A stretch of 64,000 bases of DNA from Oscillospiraceae bacterium (GTDB lineage Bacteria; Bacillota; Clostridia; Oscillospirales; Oscillospiraceae), in contig JAFRSI010000141.1 of assembly GCA_017427645.1 (NCBI GenBank), positions 6,395-70,394 on the forward strand. The letters run 5' to 3'. Both the position numbers and the translations under genes were made by a program. The notes under the pieces were generated by a model, which did not search any database, had not been told where the DNA came from, and was given only the letters and a program-made list of their open reading frames with translations. Of this stretch, positions 8,292-16,755 are shown piece after piece (the stretch's first letter is position 1; every line of letters starts with the position of its first letter).

Positions 8292-10544
8292 TTACTTGTT
8301 CTCCTGTTCCTTCTTCGCCTTCTCGGCGGCCTCCATCTCCCATCTGCGCTTGATGAGGAAGGTGGCGTCGTGGACGCCGTGGCTGCCGCGGCCGAAGCCC
8401 TCGTCGGCGCCGGCCTTGCGGGCCAGCTCCGGGGTCACCTGGGTGCCGCCGGCGATAAAAATGATCTTGTCGCGGATGCCCATCTCCCGGGCGATCTTGT
8501 CGATCTTGGCGATGTTCTTGTAGTGGGTGTCATCGTGGCTGATGATGGTGGAGGCCATGATGGCGTCGGCGTTCAGCTCCACGGCGGCGTTCACCAGCTT
8601 CTCCGGCGGGCAGGAGGTGCCCAGATAGATGACCTCCATGCCGTACTTCTCGATGCCGCCGTGCTTGATGTCGATGATCTCCCGCAGGCCCACGGAGTGT
8701 TCATCCTCGCCCACGGTGGCGGCCACGATCTTCATGGGACGCCGCTCGATATCCTTGCGGATCACCTCGTCGCTGAGCACGTCCGGCTCCTTGGGGATCA
8801 CCAGGGAGTCCACGTCGATGGCGAAGGGCACCTTGCCCTTGACCTCGATGCGGGTGCCCTCCTGGCCGTGCATGATCTCGCGGCTGATGACCTCGCACTC
8901 GGTGAGGTTCATCCGCTTGGCGCACTCCAGGGCGGCGGCCTCGGCGATGGGCTTGGGGGCTGGGAAGAACATGGTCAGCATGACGGTGCCGTCGGCCAGC
9001 CACTCCATCTCGGGCCGGATCTGCTTGCCGGCGCCGGGGACGAAGTCCTTGACGCCGTCCATGCGGACGTTGACGTTGTCCTGCTCGTCCAGCTCGTCGA
9101 TGTAGACGATCTTCTCCGGGCACTCCAGGGTGCAGCCGCCGATGAGGGCGGAGGGATTGTCCACGTACTCCTGGCCGTACTGGGCCACGTTGTTGTAGCC
9201 GTAGTGGGCGGTGACGGGGGCCATGTAGTCCTTGCTCCGCTTGACGATGGTGCCGGCGCCGATGCCGCCGTCGATCTTGCGGGCGATGCCGTCGCCGTTG
9301 CGCTCGGGATAGATGCCGCTGTCAACGAAGAAGCCCTCCTGCACGGCGTTGAAGTAGCCGCCCAGCTCTACCATCTCCTCCATGAACAGCACGGCGCGCT
9401 CCTTCAGCTCGCGGGCCTTCTGGCGCAGGTAGCCGTCCTTCTTCAGCTCCACCATCTCCATCAGACCGTCCAGACCCACCAGCGTCTGCTTGGCGGTGTC
9501 GCAGGCCTCGATGTTGTAGATGTGCCAGGGCACGTTGCGGCCCTCGTCCGGGGTGATGGTGCTCTGGATATCGGCGCTGGTCAGCTTGGAGATCACCATG
9601 TTCAGCACATGGGTCACGGTGGCCTCGCGGGTGCTGGATTCGATATACTTGGTGTTCATCTGGGCGCGCATCCGGTACTCGTGGAAGATGTCGCGCAGGG
9701 CCACCGCGTAAGGCAGATCCATGTACACGCAGGGGGCCGGGGTGGCCGTGGGCGGCACGGTGGACAAGCAGATGTTGGACTTGGGCACGCCCACCCGGGC
9801 GGAGAAAATGGCGTTGATGCCGTGCTGCACCATCAGCTCGGGCATGACCTTCCAGGCCTCCCGGGCAGTGGCGTTGGCGTTGTGGGCGCCGTCGATCTGT
9901 GCCATGTCGGCCCAGGCGATCAGCTTCTTGCTCTCGCAGGCGTCCACGAAGGAGCGGATCATATTGATATTGCGGTAGATGACGTTGTACTGGGGGTCCT
10001 GATGGACGCCGTTGACGCCCTCCTCGGCAAACATCACCGCGATGTCGGGGCCGGCCACGCCGGAGACGTAGCTGTGATAGTTGATGGGGCGGCCCACCTC
10101 GTCCTCGATCATGTCCAGGGCCTTGCGCTGGGCGCGGACCTGCTTGCGGGTGATGGGCACGCCGCCCATGCCCTGGGGGGTGCCCTCGATCAGGCCGTCG
10201 AAGTGGCTCTGACCGGCGGTGCGGATGACCATGATGTGGTCGGCGCCGTGGTGGGCGGCCATGCGCATGCGGCGGATATCGTCCTCAAACCGGCCGGAGG
10301 CGATCTCCGTGGTGATGACGGGGCCGGGCTGGGGGTCGATGTTCTCAAAATAGTGGGCCGGGGGCAGGGGCACGCTGGCCTTCAGGGGCTTGGTGCAGTC
10401 GTGGTACGTGAAGGGACCCATATGCAGATCGGGCACGGGGGTGCGCCAGGTCCAGCCCCGGCGGCGGGGACGGTAGGACTCCAGATCCTTCAGGATCTCC
10501 GCCACGTCGATGGGCTTGTTGGGATCCAGTCTGTACTCGCTCAT
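8292..10544 (-). CDS. oraE: D-ornithine 4,5-aminomutase beta subunit (AdoCbl/PLP)
   Basis: TTEIASGRFEDDIRRMRMAA, MVIRTAGQSH, HQDPQYN; B12-binding DEHSVGLREIIDIKHGG. Confidence 0.95.
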   Translation of the reverse strand: MSEYRLDPNKPIDVAEILKDLESYRPRRRGWTWRTPVPDLHMGPFTYHDCTKPLKASVPLPPAHYFENIDPQPGPVITTEIASGRFEDDIRRMRMAAHHGADHIMVIRTAGQSHFDGLIEGTPQGMGGVPITRKQVRAQRKALDMIEDEVGRPINYHSYVSGVAGPDIAVMFAEEGVNGVHQDPQYNVIYRNINMIRSFVDACESKKLIAWADMAQIDGAHNANATAREAWKVMPELMVQHGINAIFSARVGVPKSNICLSTVPPTATPAPCVYMDLPYAVALRDIFHEYRMRAQMNTKYIESSTREATVTHVLNMVISKLTSADIQSTITPDEGRNVPWHIYNIEACDTAKQTLVGLDGLMEMVELKKDGYLRQKARELKERAVLFMEEMVELGGYFNAVQEGFFVDSGIYPERNGDGIARKIDGGIGAGTIVKRSKDYMAPVTAHYGYNNVAQYGQEYVDNPSALIGGCTLECPEKIVYIDELDEQDNVNVRMDGVKDFVPGAGKQIRPEMEWLADGTVMLTMFFPAPKPIAEAAALECAKRMNLTECEVISREIMHGQEGTRIEVKGKVPFAIDVDSLVIPKEPDVLSDEVIRKDIERRPMKIVAATVGEDEHSVGLREIIDIKHGGIEKYGMEVIYLGTSCPPEKLVNAAVELNADAIMASTIISHDDTHYKNIAKIDKIAREMGIRDKIIFIAGGTQVTPELARKAGADEGFGRGSHGVHDATFLIKRRWEMEAAEKAKKEQENK

Positions 10545-10909
10545 TCCTCGTTCCCCCCTTCAAACAGCTTTTCAGCCTCGCTCCACAGCTTGCCGTCGGC
10601 CAGGGCCAGGCCCGCCTGGCGCAGATCCATGTTCTGCGCTCTGGACAGGCGGTAGACCACGTGGCCGGCGCCGTGGGACATGAGATCGTGCTCCATGCAG
10701 CCCTCCACGATGGCCTTGGCCTCGATGGAGGAGAAGCCCATGCGCAGCAGGACGGAGCGCTCTACCGCAGGGGAGGTGTACTCGTAGCCCATCTGCAGCA
10801 GGGGGTCCACCAGCTGGTTGGCCAGCTGCCAGAACCGCTCCTCCAGCTCCTTGTCGGAGAGATCGGCCAGGTGCGCTCTGCGCTCCAGGTAATCGTCGTT
10901 TCTCTTCAT
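10541..10909 (-). CDS. oraS: D-ornithine 4,5-aminomutase alpha subunit
   Basis: ERFWQL...SPAVERSVLLRMGFSSIEAK...GAGHVV. Confidence 0.93.
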   Translation of the reverse strand: MKRNDDYLERRAHLADLSDKELEERFWQLANQLVDPLLQMGYEYTSPAVERSVLLRMGFSSIEAKAIVEGCMEHDLMSHGAGHVVYRLSRAQNMDLRQAGLALADGKLWSEAEKLFEGGNEE

Positions 10910-10949
10910 ATCGTTTTCAACCTCATCGCAAAAAATGTGAGATCCGCTT

Positions 10950-12362
10950 TTACAGGGTTTCCAGGACCTTCCGCACGAAGGCCGCGTCGCTCTTGGTCTC
11001 CTCCGCCAGATAAGCCACGTCCGCCTCAGTCAGGGCGGCGGTGGCGTGGGAGGCCTGGCGGCGGATCAGGGACGCCTTCATGTGGTCCAGGTCCGCATCG
11101 CGGGCCTTCAGCAGGCGGGGATCGGCGGGGAATACGATGTTGGTGCCGGGGATCTCCGTCTCGGGGTCGCCGAACAGCAGCTCGATGCCGTTCTTCCGGG
11201 CAAAGGCCAGCTGGGGCTGGATGTGCTTGCCGGCGCCGGTATACTCGGTCTCCTGGGCCACGATGATCTGATCCTGATCCATCTCCTGGGCCAGGGCAAA
11301 GGCGGCGGCCAGGCTGGTGTTGCCGGCGGGGCCCTTCTCCATGCCCTCCAGGGTGGCCAGGGCCTCGGTGATGTAGAACACCTCGCCCTGCTTCACGGTC
11401 ACGTAGCGGTCCATGTAGCGCAGGGGGCGGGCGGCGCTGCGGGGCACGTCGCTGTGGTCGGGATCGGTGGCGTAGGGCACGCCGAAGCCGGTGTGGGCGG
11501 TGGTGAAGCTCTTGCGGTTGAACTGCTGGTCGGAGGCCATGCTCAGGCCCTTCAGATCCACGGAGGCGGCCACCACCTGGGCGGGGCAGCCGGCCTTGAT
11601 GAGGCCGCGGGCGGTGCCGGTCAGGTTGCCGCCGCCGGCGTTGGCGCAGACCACCACGTCGGGATGGCGGCCGTAGCGGTCCATGAACTGGTGGCCCAGC
11701 TCCCAGCCCAGGGTCTCCACGCCGCCGATGCCGAAGGCGGAATACAGGGAGGCGTTGAAGTAGCCGGTCTCCTCCAGCATCATCAGCACCTCATAGAACA
11801 GCTCCGGGCCCACGCTCAGCTGCAGGACCTCGGCGCCCAGGGCCTCGCACTTGCGGGCCTTCTCGATGATCTCGGGCTGGCCGCTGGCCTTGGAGTCGTA
11901 ACACTCCTGCACGATGATGCACTTGAGGCCCTGCATGGCGGCCTGAGAGGCCACGGCGGCGCCGTAGTTGCCGCTGGTGGCGGCGATGACGCCCTTGTAG
12001 CCCATCTTTTTGGCGTGATAGACGGAGGCGGCGGCCCGGCGCTCCTTGAAGCTGCCGGCGGGGTTGGACGCCTCGTCCTTGACGAAGATGCGGGCGCCCT
12101 TGCCGGGGGCGGCGCACTTGCGGGCCAGGGCGGTCAGGTTGTGGAGCTCGAACACCGGGGTGTTGCCCACGTTGAACTGGCGCTGGATGCGGATATGGTC
12201 CTCCAGAGAGTAACCGGTATCGTTCATCAGGGCCTCGTAGTCGAATACGATACCGCCCCGCTCATACTTGCTGTAATCCACGCCCATGGCCTTGTTGATG
12301 ATCTCGCCCATGCGGCCGGTGACGGCCTGATAGCTCTTATCCACGATCATTCCGTTGATCAC
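10950..12362 (-). CDS. ortB: 2-amino-4-ketopentanoate thiolase beta subunit (PLP)
   Basis: KDEASNPAGSFKERRA, ATSGNYGAAVASQAA, FNRKSFTT. Confidence 0.92.
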   Translation of the reverse strand: MINGMIVDKSYQAVTGRMGEIINKAMGVDYSKYERGGIVFDYEALMNDTGYSLEDHIRIQRQFNVGNTPVFELHNLTALARKCAAPGKGARIFVKDEASNPAGSFKERRAAASVYHAKKMGYKGVIAATSGNYGAAVASQAAMQGLKCIIVQECYDSKASGQPEIIEKARKCEALGAEVLQLSVGPELFYEVLMMLEETGYFNASLYSAFGIGGVETLGWELGHQFMDRYGRHPDVVVCANAGGGNLTGTARGLIKAGCPAQVVAASVDLKGLSMASDQQFNRKSFTTAHTGFGVPYATDPDHSDVPRSAARPLRYMDRYVTVKQGEVFYITEALATLEGMEKGPAGNTSLAAAFALAQEMDQDQIIVAQETEYTGAGKHIQPQLAFARKNGIELLFGDPETEIPGTNIVFPADPRLLKARDADLDHMKASLIRRQASHATAALTEADVAYLAEETKSDAAFVRKVLETL

Positions 12363-12664
12363 GTCAGGTCACCTCCAAACAGCGCGCCGCGCAGGCGCTC
12401 CTCCATCTCCAGGATCTCCGGCACAAAGGCGCCGTAGTTCAGGTCATAGCAGGGGTTGACCTCGATGAGCGTACCGTGCTCGCTGCGGCCCACACAGGTG
12501 GTGATGGTCACCTGATCGCCGATCTCGGCGGTCTCGTTCTGCAGGCGGCCCTTCACCCACATCTCCAGCGGCACCTTTTTGGTGTCCTCCGGCAGCTTTC
12601 CGGTCCGCTCGGCGGGCTCCAGCACGTTCCGGTGGATGCGGACCCAATCGTTTTTCTTTGCCAT
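12359..12664 (-). CDS. ortA: 2-amino-4-ketopentanoate thiolase alpha subunit
   Basis: DWVRIH...ERT...PEDTKKVPLEMWVKG. Confidence 0.92.
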   Translation of the reverse strand: MAKKNDWVRIHRNVLEPAERTGKLPEDTKKVPLEMWVKGRLQNETAEIGDQVTITTCVGRSEHGTLIEVNPCYDLNYGAFVPEILEMEERLRGALFGGDLT

Positions 12665-12744
12665 GTTCTCCTCCCGTTGACAGTGATAACAGCGAAAACC
12701 GGGCGGCGGGCCTCAGATCCCGCCGCCGGGTCTCGCTGTCTTGT

Positions 12745-13812
12745 TTACTTTACGATCTTCTTGTCGGGGTTGATGCGCTTGCGCATATCGCCCATGATGG
12801 CGCGGGGCACGGGCAGGGTCAGCATAGTGTGCAGGCCCGGCTCGGCGTTGATGATCTGGGGGATCATGTTCACGCACATGGCGATGGTGCCGATGCCGCC
12901 GTCGATCTCCGGGGAATTGAGCATATTGACGGCGGGAGTGCCGTTGATGATAACATAGTCGCCGGTCTGGACGCCCACCTGCTCCGGCTCGATCTGCTGG
13001 GGGTGATCCATCTCGATGAGGCACTGGCCGTTCTTATAGCCCCAGGCCTTCATGGCCACGCCCGCCACGTTGCCGGCGGCGGCGAAGCCGTAGGGGCTCT
13101 TGCGGTCCACATCGGTGATGATGGGCTCCATGTCCTGCTTGAAATCGTCCAGCTCCCAGCCGATGCCGTCGCAGATCATGCCGACGGACTCGGCAAAGCC
13201 CACGTGGCCGGACAGATGGCCGGAGCCCTTGCCCTCCTTGCGCAGGTAGAACTCCTCCTTGGTGATGCCGATGCCCTGCTCGCTCATGACGGCGGGGCCG
13301 AAGGGAGACAGACTGTTGACGCGGCGGGAGACGATGTGCTCCACGTCCGTCATGCAGCCGGTCCAGATCAGGACCAGCAGATCCATGATGAGACCGGGGT
13401 TGATGCCGGTGCCCAGGATGGATACGCCGTTGGCCTTGGCGATCTTGTCCAGCTCCTCGGCCAGCTCGGGATTCTTGGCCTTGGGATATGCCATCTCCTC
13501 GGCAGAGGTGATCACGTTGATGCCCTGCTCCAGGATGAACTTCATGCGGGGAAACGCCTCTTTGGTGAAGGAGTCCGTGCACAGCAGCACCACGTCGGCA
13601 GCGCCGGGTTTGATGACGTCCTCCGGGGCGCCGATGATGACGTCGGGACGCTCGCCGCGCTCGGTCTTGATATAGTCATACATGCTGGTGCCGATCTTCT
13701 TGCCGCGGCCTGCCACGCCGACGATATCCACGCCCTGCTTCTTCAGCAGCATGTCCGCCATGCCGCCGCCCATCGCGCCAAGACCCCAAATGATGACCTT
13801 TACGTTTTCCAT
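12745..13812 (-). CDS. ord: 2,4-diaminopentanoate dehydrogenase
   Basis: IIWGLGAMGGG Rossmann motif, GTGINPG, GHVGF, HPQQIEPE; RBS ggagg. Confidence 0.92.
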   Translation of the reverse strand: MENVKVIIWGLGAMGGGMADMLLKKQGVDIVGVAGRGKKIGTSMYDYIKTERGERPDVIIGAPEDVIKPGAADVVLLCTDSFTKEAFPRMKFILEQGINVITSAEEMAYPKAKNPELAEELDKIAKANGVSILGTGINPGLIMDLLVLIWTGCMTDVEHIVSRRVNSLSPFGPAVMSEQGIGITKEEFYLRKEGKGSGHLSGHVGFAESVGMICDGIGWELDDFKQDMEPIITDVDRKSPYGFAAAGNVAGVAMKAWGYKNGQCLIEMDHPQQIEPEQVGVQTGDYVIINGTPAVNMLNSPEIDGGIGTIAMCVNMIPQIINAEPGLHTMLTLPVPRAIMGDMRKRINPDKKIVK

Positions 13813-13980
13813 GAGATGCCTCCTGCAATATGTTTTTCTTTCGGCACGATTCACATGCCCAACTTCATTGATTATAGCACAGCGTGCCCTGCTTGAAAAT
13901 ACCTAATTGTGCCGGAATTGTGGAAAAACCGCAAAAAACCTGCTGCAGCGACCCTCTGTGCGGCGCAGGCCGCCATACAA

Positions 13981-14019
13981 AGCAAAAATCCTGCCGACTT
14001 CGTCGACAGGATTTTTGCT
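13981..14019 (-). terminator. Terminator after tRNA-Thr
   Basis: agcaaaaatcctg...caggatttttgct inverted repeat. Confidence 0.75.
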
Positions 14020-14020
14020 T

Positions 14021-14095
14021 TGGAGCTACTGGTGAGAATCGAACTCACAACCCCTTCATTACGAGTGAAGTGCTCTGCCGTTGAGCCACAGTAGC
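14021..14095 (-). tRNA. tRNA-Thr (anticodon CGT)
   Basis: Minus strand GCTACTG...CTTCA-CT-CGT-AA-TGAAG...GTTCGATTC...CAGTAGC-T-CCA; cloverleaf with encoded CCA. Confidence 0.97.
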
Positions 14096-14140
14096 ATACG
14101 CTATCATGCGGTTTTCGGCCCCCCCGAAACCACGTGTGCT

Positions 14141-14169
14141 ATTCTACCATTCTTTTTTCCTTTCGTCAA
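14141..14169 (-). promoter_or_regulatory. SigA promoter of tRNA-Thr
   Basis: TTGACG-17-TAGAAT with extended TG. Confidence 0.75.
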
Positions 14170-14428
14170 CTGTAAATTGCCGCTTATGACTGCTATCCGC
14201 CGGATTAATACATAACGTAATCATTCAAAAGAAAGCGGCGAAAAAGTCCTTTTCTGCCCCGCCGATCCGGGCCGGGCCGCACTGCGCTCCGCTAAAAATA
14301 CCAGGCGGGAAAAGGCGCATATGGCCGGGGTTTTGGGGGTTTTCCAGCATAATTGCGGGTTTTTTCTCCGCTTGATTGCCTTTTCGTAAATTTACATAAT
14401 ATTTTGTCGGATAATGCTTTACAAATAG

Positions 14429-14458
14429 TTATCCACATTTTCCACCGTTTTTTCCACA
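14429..14458 (+). promoter_or_regulatory. Cluster of DnaA-box-like 9-mers
   Basis: TTATCCACA (perfect), TTTTCCACC and TTTTCCACA in tandem in an AT-rich intergenic region. Confidence 0.5.
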
Positions 14459-14667
14459 TCTCAAAAACCGCACCGTTACGCGGTTTTTTCAGTTTCTTCC
14501 TAAAAAATACAAACCGGCAAACCGTGTTTTCAACTCCTTGTCAGCCCCGTCTTTTATTTTACATAATGCATTTTTCGTCCTTTTCCGGCCAACCGCCGAT
14601 CCGCATCGACTTCCGGACGGTTGACGCAAAATACGGGACGCGGCAAGGTGACCCGCGTCCCGTATCC

Positions 14668-15681
14668 TCATCTGCATTTTCCCAGGTCCATGGTGGCGTA
14701 GGCGTTCAGCTCCAGTCCGGCAGAGACGCCCGCCATATACTCATAGTAGCCCTGTGCGCCGATCATGGCGCCGTTGTCGCCGCACCAGCGCAGGGGCGGC
14801 AGATAGAGCCTGACCCCCGCTTTGCGGCAGGCAGCCTCCAGATCCGCCCGGATGATGGAGTTGGCCGCCACGCCGCCGGCCGCTGCCAGCCTGGTGTGTC
14901 CGGTCAGCTCGATGGCCCGCATGGCGCGGGGCACCAGCTCGTCGCTGACAGCCCGGGTGAAATCCCTGGCCAGGGCCGCGGCGTCCAGCTCCTCCCCCTT
15001 CTGTGCGGCGTTGTGGACCAGATTGACCACCGCCGTCTTGAGGCCGGAAAAGCTCATATCCAGCTCCGCGCCGTCCACGTGGGCTCGGGGCAGATCGTAC
15101 TTGCCGCCGGCGGACTGCCGGGCCAGCTCGTCCATGGGTCTGCCGCCGGGATAGGGCAGGCCCAGGACCCGCGCCGCCTTGTCAAAGCACTCCCCCGCCG
15201 CGTCGTCCCGGGTGGCTCCCAGGATCTCCATGTCAGTATAGTCCCGCACATCCACGATGAGCGTGTTGCCGCCGGAGATGGCCAGGGCCAGGAACGGCGG
15301 CTCCAGATCGGGGAAGGCCAGGTAATTGGCGGCAATATGGCCCCGGATGTGGTGTACCGGAATCAGCGGCACGCCCAGGGCGTAGGCCACGGACTTGGCA
15401 AAGCTGACGCCTACCAGCACCGCGCCGATGAGCCCCGGGGCGTAGGTCACCGCCACGGCGTCCACATCCTGTTTCGTCAGGCCCGCGTCCGCCAGGGCCC
15501 GGTCGGTGAGACCGGCAATGGCCTCCACGTGCTTGCGGGAGGCGATCTCCGGCACCACGCCGCCGTAGAGGGCGTGCATATCCGCCTGGGACAATATGGC
15601 GTCGGACAGCACGGTGCGGCCGTCCCGCACCACTGCCACGGCGGTCTCGTCACAGGAGGATTCAAAGGCCAGTATGTTCAT
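14668..15681 (-). CDS. tsaD: tRNA threonylcarbamoyltransferase subunit TsaD
   Basis: ESSCDETA, GGVVPEIASRKH, HHIRGH, ISGGNT, DDAAGECFDK, DNGAMIG. Confidence 0.96.
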   Translation of the reverse strand: MNILAFESSCDETAVAVVRDGRTVLSDAILSQADMHALYGGVVPEIASRKHVEAIAGLTDRALADAGLTKQDVDAVAVTYAPGLIGAVLVGVSFAKSVAYALGVPLIPVHHIRGHIAANYLAFPDLEPPFLALAISGGNTLIVDVRDYTDMEILGATRDDAAGECFDKAARVLGLPYPGGRPMDELARQSAGGKYDLPRAHVDGAELDMSFSGLKTAVVNLVHNAAQKGEELDAAALARDFTRAVSDELVPRAMRAIELTGHTRLAAAGGVAANSIIRADLEAACRKAGVRLYLPPLRWCGDNGAMIGAQGYYEYMAGVSAGLELNAYATMDLGKCR

Positions 15682-15686
15682 ATGCG

Positions 15687-16280
15687 TCACTCCTCCCAGG
15701 GGTGTTTTTCAGGCATCCCCATGGACGGATCCCAGGGGATATGAATAAACCTCTGATATGCTCTCTCCGACAGCCGGCTGCGATATGCCTGCCGATGGGC
15801 AGCCATCATTGCGGTCTCGTCGACCTGGTCCTCAGCCAGGTACAGCGTATGATACGGCACGCCGAACACCGCCGCCATGTAGTCTGCCTGCCGGGCGCCG
15901 TTGCGGCGGTAGAAGTCCAACCGCCGCCGGGCCATATCCGGGTCCGGCGCATATGCCGGCACCTCCGACTCGCCAAAGATAACGCTGCCCCGCTCCGCCT
16001 CCACAAGCGCCTTGATCAGGGCGGCACCCAGGCCGCCGCCCCGTCGGTCCGGGGCCACGCAGAGGCAGTCGAACAGCTTCCAGCCGGGCGCGCAGTCCCA
16101 CAAAAAGGCCTCGCCCAGGATCTCTGTCCCCTCCGTCAGCCCGTAGGTGCGGTAGATCCCCTGCCGGGCCATGTCCTGCATAGCGTGCAGAGGCCGCAGC
16201 TCAGCCTCCGGAAAGGCCGGGACCAGGTGCTCCCGGTATATTCTTGTCAATTCCTCATCGGTCAGCAGCCGGATCTCCAT
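15687..16280 (-). CDS. GNAT-family N-acetyltransferase
   Basis: Motif A CVAPDRRGGGLG; RRLDFYRRNG. Confidence 0.75.
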   Translation of the reverse strand: MEIRLLTDEELTRIYREHLVPAFPEAELRPLHAMQDMARQGIYRTYGLTEGTEILGEAFLWDCAPGWKLFDCLCVAPDRRGGGLGAALIKALVEAERGSVIFGESEVPAYAPDPDMARRRLDFYRRNGARQADYMAAVFGVPYHTLYLAEDQVDETAMMAAHRQAYRSRLSERAYQRFIHIPWDPSMGMPEKHPWEE

Positions 16281-16752
16281 GGGAATCCTCCTCATAGGTG
16301 TAATTCTTCGTCAGGATCAAGGCGTCCTCCCTGGGCAGATCGTAGTAGTTCCTGCGCCGCCCCGCCTCCTCAAAGCCGAAGCTGCGGTACAGCGCGATGG
16401 CGGGGCCGTTGGAGGGGCGCACCTCCAGCGTCAGGAAAGCCAGCCGGCTGCCCCGGGCAAAGCGGTCGAACACGGCGATCAGCTGCTCCGCCACGCCGCG
16501 GCGCCGGTATTCCGGGAACACCGCCACATTGGTGATGTAGCCCTCGTCGGCCATGACCAGCAGCCCCGCGTAGCCCACCACCTTTTCCGTCGCCGGTTCC
16601 ACGGCCACCAGAAAGGCGGCGCACTGGTTGTCCAGCTCCTCGGCCAGCATCTTCTGGGACCAGGGCCGGGAAAAGCAGATCCGCTCCAGCCGCTCCAGCT
16701 CCTCCAAATGGTCCGCCGTCATGGGGACCACGTTTACCTGCATCTTCTCCAT
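16255..16752 (-). CDS. rimI: Ribosomal protein alanine N-acetyltransferase
   Basis: FSRPWS, ITNVAVFPEYRRRG, LEVRPSN, RRNYY...EDALI. Confidence 0.9.
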   Translation of the reverse strand: MEKMQVNVVPMTADHLEELERLERICFSRPWSQKMLAEELDNQCAAFLVAVEPATEKVVGYAGLLVMADEGYITNVAVFPEYRRRGVAEQLIAVFDRFARGSRLAFLTLEVRPSNGPAIALYRSFGFEEAGRRRNYYDLPREDALILTKNYTYEEDSHGDPAADR

Positions 16753-16755
16753 CGC

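Noticed and set aside
6203-14095. Ornithine operon as a genomic island integrated at tRNA-Thr
   Set aside because: No integrase, no duplicated tRNA 3' end seen, host-like codon usage
14389-14416. Possible dif site (TTATGTAAATT XerD-like arm on the minus strand)
   Set aside because: The XerC arm does not match; only a half site
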